A DNA stretch of 64,000 nucleotides. Source: Macrostomum hystrix. Lineage: Eukaryota > Animalia > Platyhelminthes. Positions 60,046 through 64,000 of this stretch are shown piece by piece (position 1 is the stretch's first letter; each line of letters starts with the position of its first letter). The notes below the pieces were generated by a model that was not told the DNA's origin, did not search any database, and saw only the letters and a program-made list of their open reading frames with translations. The position numbers were made by a program, and so were the translations under genes. The stretch lies in assembly GCA_950097015.1 (NCBI GenBank), contig CATNEN010000039.1, positions 5,766,001 to 5,830,000 of the forward strand. The letters run 5' to 3'.

Positions 60046-63000
60046 CGTGCGCGGGTCCGGGGGCCTCTGAAGGTAGGGTGGGTGGACTCTGGATGTATTG
60101 CTAAGGATCTACATGAATTGATTAGTACTAACCTAATTTTCACTAAGTCCTTTCGTTTCTTACCTTATATTTAGCTAGTTTCACTTCTTTGAAATTGCTT
60201 TTCACCCCCATTTTATCTTTAAAAAATGGTTTACAAAATTTTTTTTAACTTTCTCTCCCATCCTCAACTCTTCTCTTACTTACTTCTCCCTATATTTTGT
60301 TCCATATAGTTTCTATACACATTGCACTGTCACCTGGCTATTTAACCTGGCAAACTGGGCGAGTTATCTAAATTCGCTCATAAAGGAAGCATTCAGCGCG
60401 CCAGCTTGCTCTGCTGTGCCTCCCTGCTAATTAATATTTTCGCTCTGCAAGAATGCGACTGGCCGTCCTGTGTCTTTCTGTTTTTATTAGTTTCCTCTGT
60501 CGTCACGTGTTTGTTTTGCTTGCCTTCTGCTTCAAATCACTTCTAATTACTATAGATGTCTAGCTAAATTGATTTCTAATTGCGCTTAACAATACGTATG
60601 ATAAGTTATATTCTAAATCTAATGTGCTCTCTCTTTATAATAAAACGTATGGCTATTTAACACCCTGACTAGTAGCTCAAACTAGGTTTAGCTTCTTCTG
60701 TTCATTCCTTAATTATCGTGCTGCTTGTTAGTTCAATAAAATTTGTTTGTTTAGCGGATGTATTAGCCATCTAAATTTGCGTAGCGGAGTATTTTTGGGT
60801 ACCTCGATTAATATTTTATACGATCACATAAAACTGTTAGTTAAACTTTAATTCCTCCATGCTTGTTTGATTTTAAAAAATCCTTGAATATACTAATACC
60901 CGTGTGACTTATGTCTTGCCCCTTAACCCAACAAAGAAATAGTGTTTGGCAAGCGTTTGGCTTTCCAGAAGCTGTCTGGAAGTAGTGCTGACTGTAGTCG
61001 TAATTTCCTGGCTCTTGAAATTTATGTTTTGTAGCTGTTTTTGCAATGCTAGGCCTATTTCTCAATTTTCCTATTAATTTTTGTCTAACAGTTTCTCTTG
61101 AGGTTTGTGCTGTTTTATGTTTGTGCTGTTTTAGAGACAAATGCTTTTAACATGAGAAACAACGCAAATAGATGTGACGAAATTGACATCTCGATGAGTG
61201 ATAATAATTGTAGCGAACATGGATAATCATAATTACTCATTATGGATAAAACTGCGATTTAACTTTTCAATTGACGTGTACCACTTTTATTTCTGATTTA
61301 AACTTGAATCAAAGCAATACAAAAATGTGTACTATTACGAATAATATGTCTAACTTGGTAGTCTTCAATAAAAGATGCGATCGAATGAAAGAAATCAAGA
61401 CAATATATTTTTACGCTTTTGCTGATATTCTGATATTTTATTATCAAACTTTTGTTTTCGAATCTGAAGACTTCCGACATAAGGAACAAAATATGCATAA
61501 CGTAAAATAAAATCCGGTTTGTAAACTACTTTTATTTTAGAGGGTATGAAATGTTTCTAATATGAACTTAATAGCGATGCAGTCAAGGGCCAGTTTGGTA
61601 TAGTTATACCCGATTATACTTGATTTTAGCAAGTGCACAACTTTAGGTATTTGTTTAAACATATGTTACCCTATTTCCGCTATTCAAATTGTGCCGCCTA
61701 TTCCAGCTGATCTTTGTATATAAAGCATAAACGTACACATTGACTCAAACGTAATCCTGTCCTCAAATAAATCTTTTGATTTGAGCCATACTGAAGTCAG
61801 TGTTTATTACTGAGAATTCGAATAACGTAATATATTCGTTAATCTGGTTTGTCAGTGCTTTCCACTTAAAGTTCCGACTCAGTTAAATACCTACCTCAAA
61901 GAAATCCACAGCTTACGACATCATTTTTGTCATCCAAGTCGTCCTTTCATCTCGGCTTCGTCATACCCTATTATAAATACCTATTACCTATTTTAACTAT
62001 TGTCTCCTACCAACAGTAGTCCCTAAACATCTAAATGTCTAGCCTAAAAGCTCTAAAAGAAGAAGTTGATCATCTAAGAAATGCCTTTCCCAAGAGCCAT
62101 CGTATATTTGTTGTTTCTTCAGCTAACCTGGATGAACTGAATTGCAAATTCTTTTTTAAATCTCAGTCATTTGAAGTAACTGCAACAATTATGGTAAGCT
62201 TTTAACATTTTTCTCTTTATTAAGCTTAGGCCCACAGGCACTGTTGAACATTTATATCTAACTAGGACAGAGATTACTTTGTTGTAAGGCATGGTATTAG
62301 AAATACAATTTTTTTTTATAAAATTCTTTATAAAAGAAAAAAGAACTTTTTGAATAAAATTAGGCTTCTTCGTAACCTAGCATTCTAATTCTTTTTCTAT
62401 TGCTAGGCCCCTAACTTAGCTTACTAGTGACTTAGACTTGTGGACACTTTGTCATCTATAAAACAAAAGTTTTCAAAGTTAGAACAGAACCACCCCTCCC
62501 CACCCCACCCCACCCCACCCCACCCCTCCTCACATCGTGTTGGCACCTATCTTTCAACTCTTATAATGAAATCAGTTTTGACACCTCTTTTTGACAATTT
62601 AGAGTGTGAAGTGTGTTCACACCTCTGCCCCACCATCCCACCCTCACTTTATTGATGACAAACTTGATTGCTTGTTATTAGTAGATGACAAACTGACCAA
62701 ACGTTAAAGCATGCCAATTGGCTGGATGACAAAGTATCCTACCTTCCAAGTAGATGAGAAGTAGTAGATCCAAAGTTGTAGGCCTAAGATGACAAACTTG
62801 TAAAATGACAAAGTTTTAAGATGACAAAGTTCTAGGATCCCAAATGTGGGTGGTTATGACAATATGTAGAGTCTAATGAGGGCTAATGAGTAAGAGGACA
62901 TATGAAGACACCTCAATGTCTTCAGACGCCTACAATGGGAACTCCTAATTCTTCATGTTTAGGGCTTAAGCCCTTTAGAAATTTCAATGCCATATGCAAA

Positions 63001-63287
63001 TTATGGGATAGAGTATACTATAGTCTATTGACTGTTGGTAGGTAATGTAAAGATTTCACAGGATTTATAACAAAGGTATTTCTTTAGACTGGCTGCAGTC
63101 TCCCTGACTTTGCAAATCCAGTACTACATTGGTCATCATTGGCTTCCATTTTTTATTTTTTTAAAGACATAGTGACATAATTCTCTCCTTAATTTGCAAC
63201 TTAAGTCTTTTTTGCATGTCCAAGTCCAAGCCCACATGAGCAACCTCAACTCAGGGGAAATAATTCACTCTGTGCTATGGTGACATA

Positions 63288-63631
63288 GGTCCCAGGTCAT
63301 TTTGGTGACAAGATATTTCGGTGACATCGTTTTGGTGACAAAATGGGTCAGTTTGGTGACAACTATTCTTGCACCTGAATATGCTTAGGAAACAGCCTTC
63401 CAGTTCCATGTGCTTAGAAAACAGCCTTCCATGTGAACTACGCACACCTATTATGTATTATTAAATAATGATGAATAATAATGATTAGTTCACATGGAAG
63501 GCTGTTTCCTAAGCATATTCAGGTGCAAGAATAGTTGTCACCAAACTGACCAATTCTGTCACCGAAACGACTTGAGTTGTCACCGAAATGACTGTCACCG
63601 AAATGTCTTGTCACCGAAATGACCTGGGACC
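63288..63631. mobile_element. Foldback element with long TIRs built of TTTCGGTGACA subrepeats
   Basis: GGTCCCAGGTCATTT...CTTGCACCTGAATATGCTTAGGAAACAGCCTTCC mirrors the right end. The flanks GTGACATA and GTGACACA look like an 8-bp TSD with one mismatch. Confidence 0.82.
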
Positions 63632-63799
63632 GTGACACACACAGCAATGACACCAAGTTTAGTAGGGGTACAAATAAGTCCCACTTGTCAAATGATGGCA
63701 TGCCAAAGCATCTCACAGATAAGCACCCTGATTTTTATATGCAAATTGTTTTATCTGCTCTGTTTACAACTTGTCTCTTGTACAAACATTTTTTATATT

Positions 63800-64000
63800 A
63801 ACTTTTCTATATTCTTATTCTTTCTTCTCTTCTCTTTTCATTTTTTTCTTCCCTTCTGTCTTTTTCTGTCTCTCTCATTCCTTGTCCTTCTTTTCTTTTT
63901 GTACCTTGGTCTCCCCTTTCAGTTAATTTTTTGACTCACTTTGCTTGGCCCTCATTTCACCTGGCTGATTTTGCTGGTTTGGCAGGTACTGCACACCTGG
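63800..64000 (+). mobile_element. Old diverged relative of the hAT-type MITE, truncated by the window edge
   Basis: CCTTGGTCTCCCC...GCTTGGCCCTCATTTCACCTGGC resembles 53720-53805. Confidence 0.5.

Overview
Intron-containing animal genomic DNA. GC-rich exons, AT-rich spacers and minisatellite-packed introns are consistent with a free-living flatworm such as Macrostomum; that taxon is my inference. I rebuilt 13 spliced genes by hand with phase-consistent junctions. They are a GRASP55/65 gene (-), an ankyrin-repeat MAP3K19-like kinase (+), an orphan with an interrupted SUMO-like domain (+), seven two-exon secreted WSC + PAN/apple-like genes (12.2-35.9 kb), a secreted PAN + ALK/LTK-type glycine-rich gene inside that cluster, a 10-exon pyruvate carboxylase (-) and a divergent GABPA-like ETS factor (+). 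The window also holds two tRNA-derived SINE families, several MITE/foldback elements, a broken THAP domain and about 16 minisatellite arrays. The best candidate for an undescribed system is the WSC-PAN cluster, which shows gene-conversion and mosaic signatures plus a hypervariable patch.
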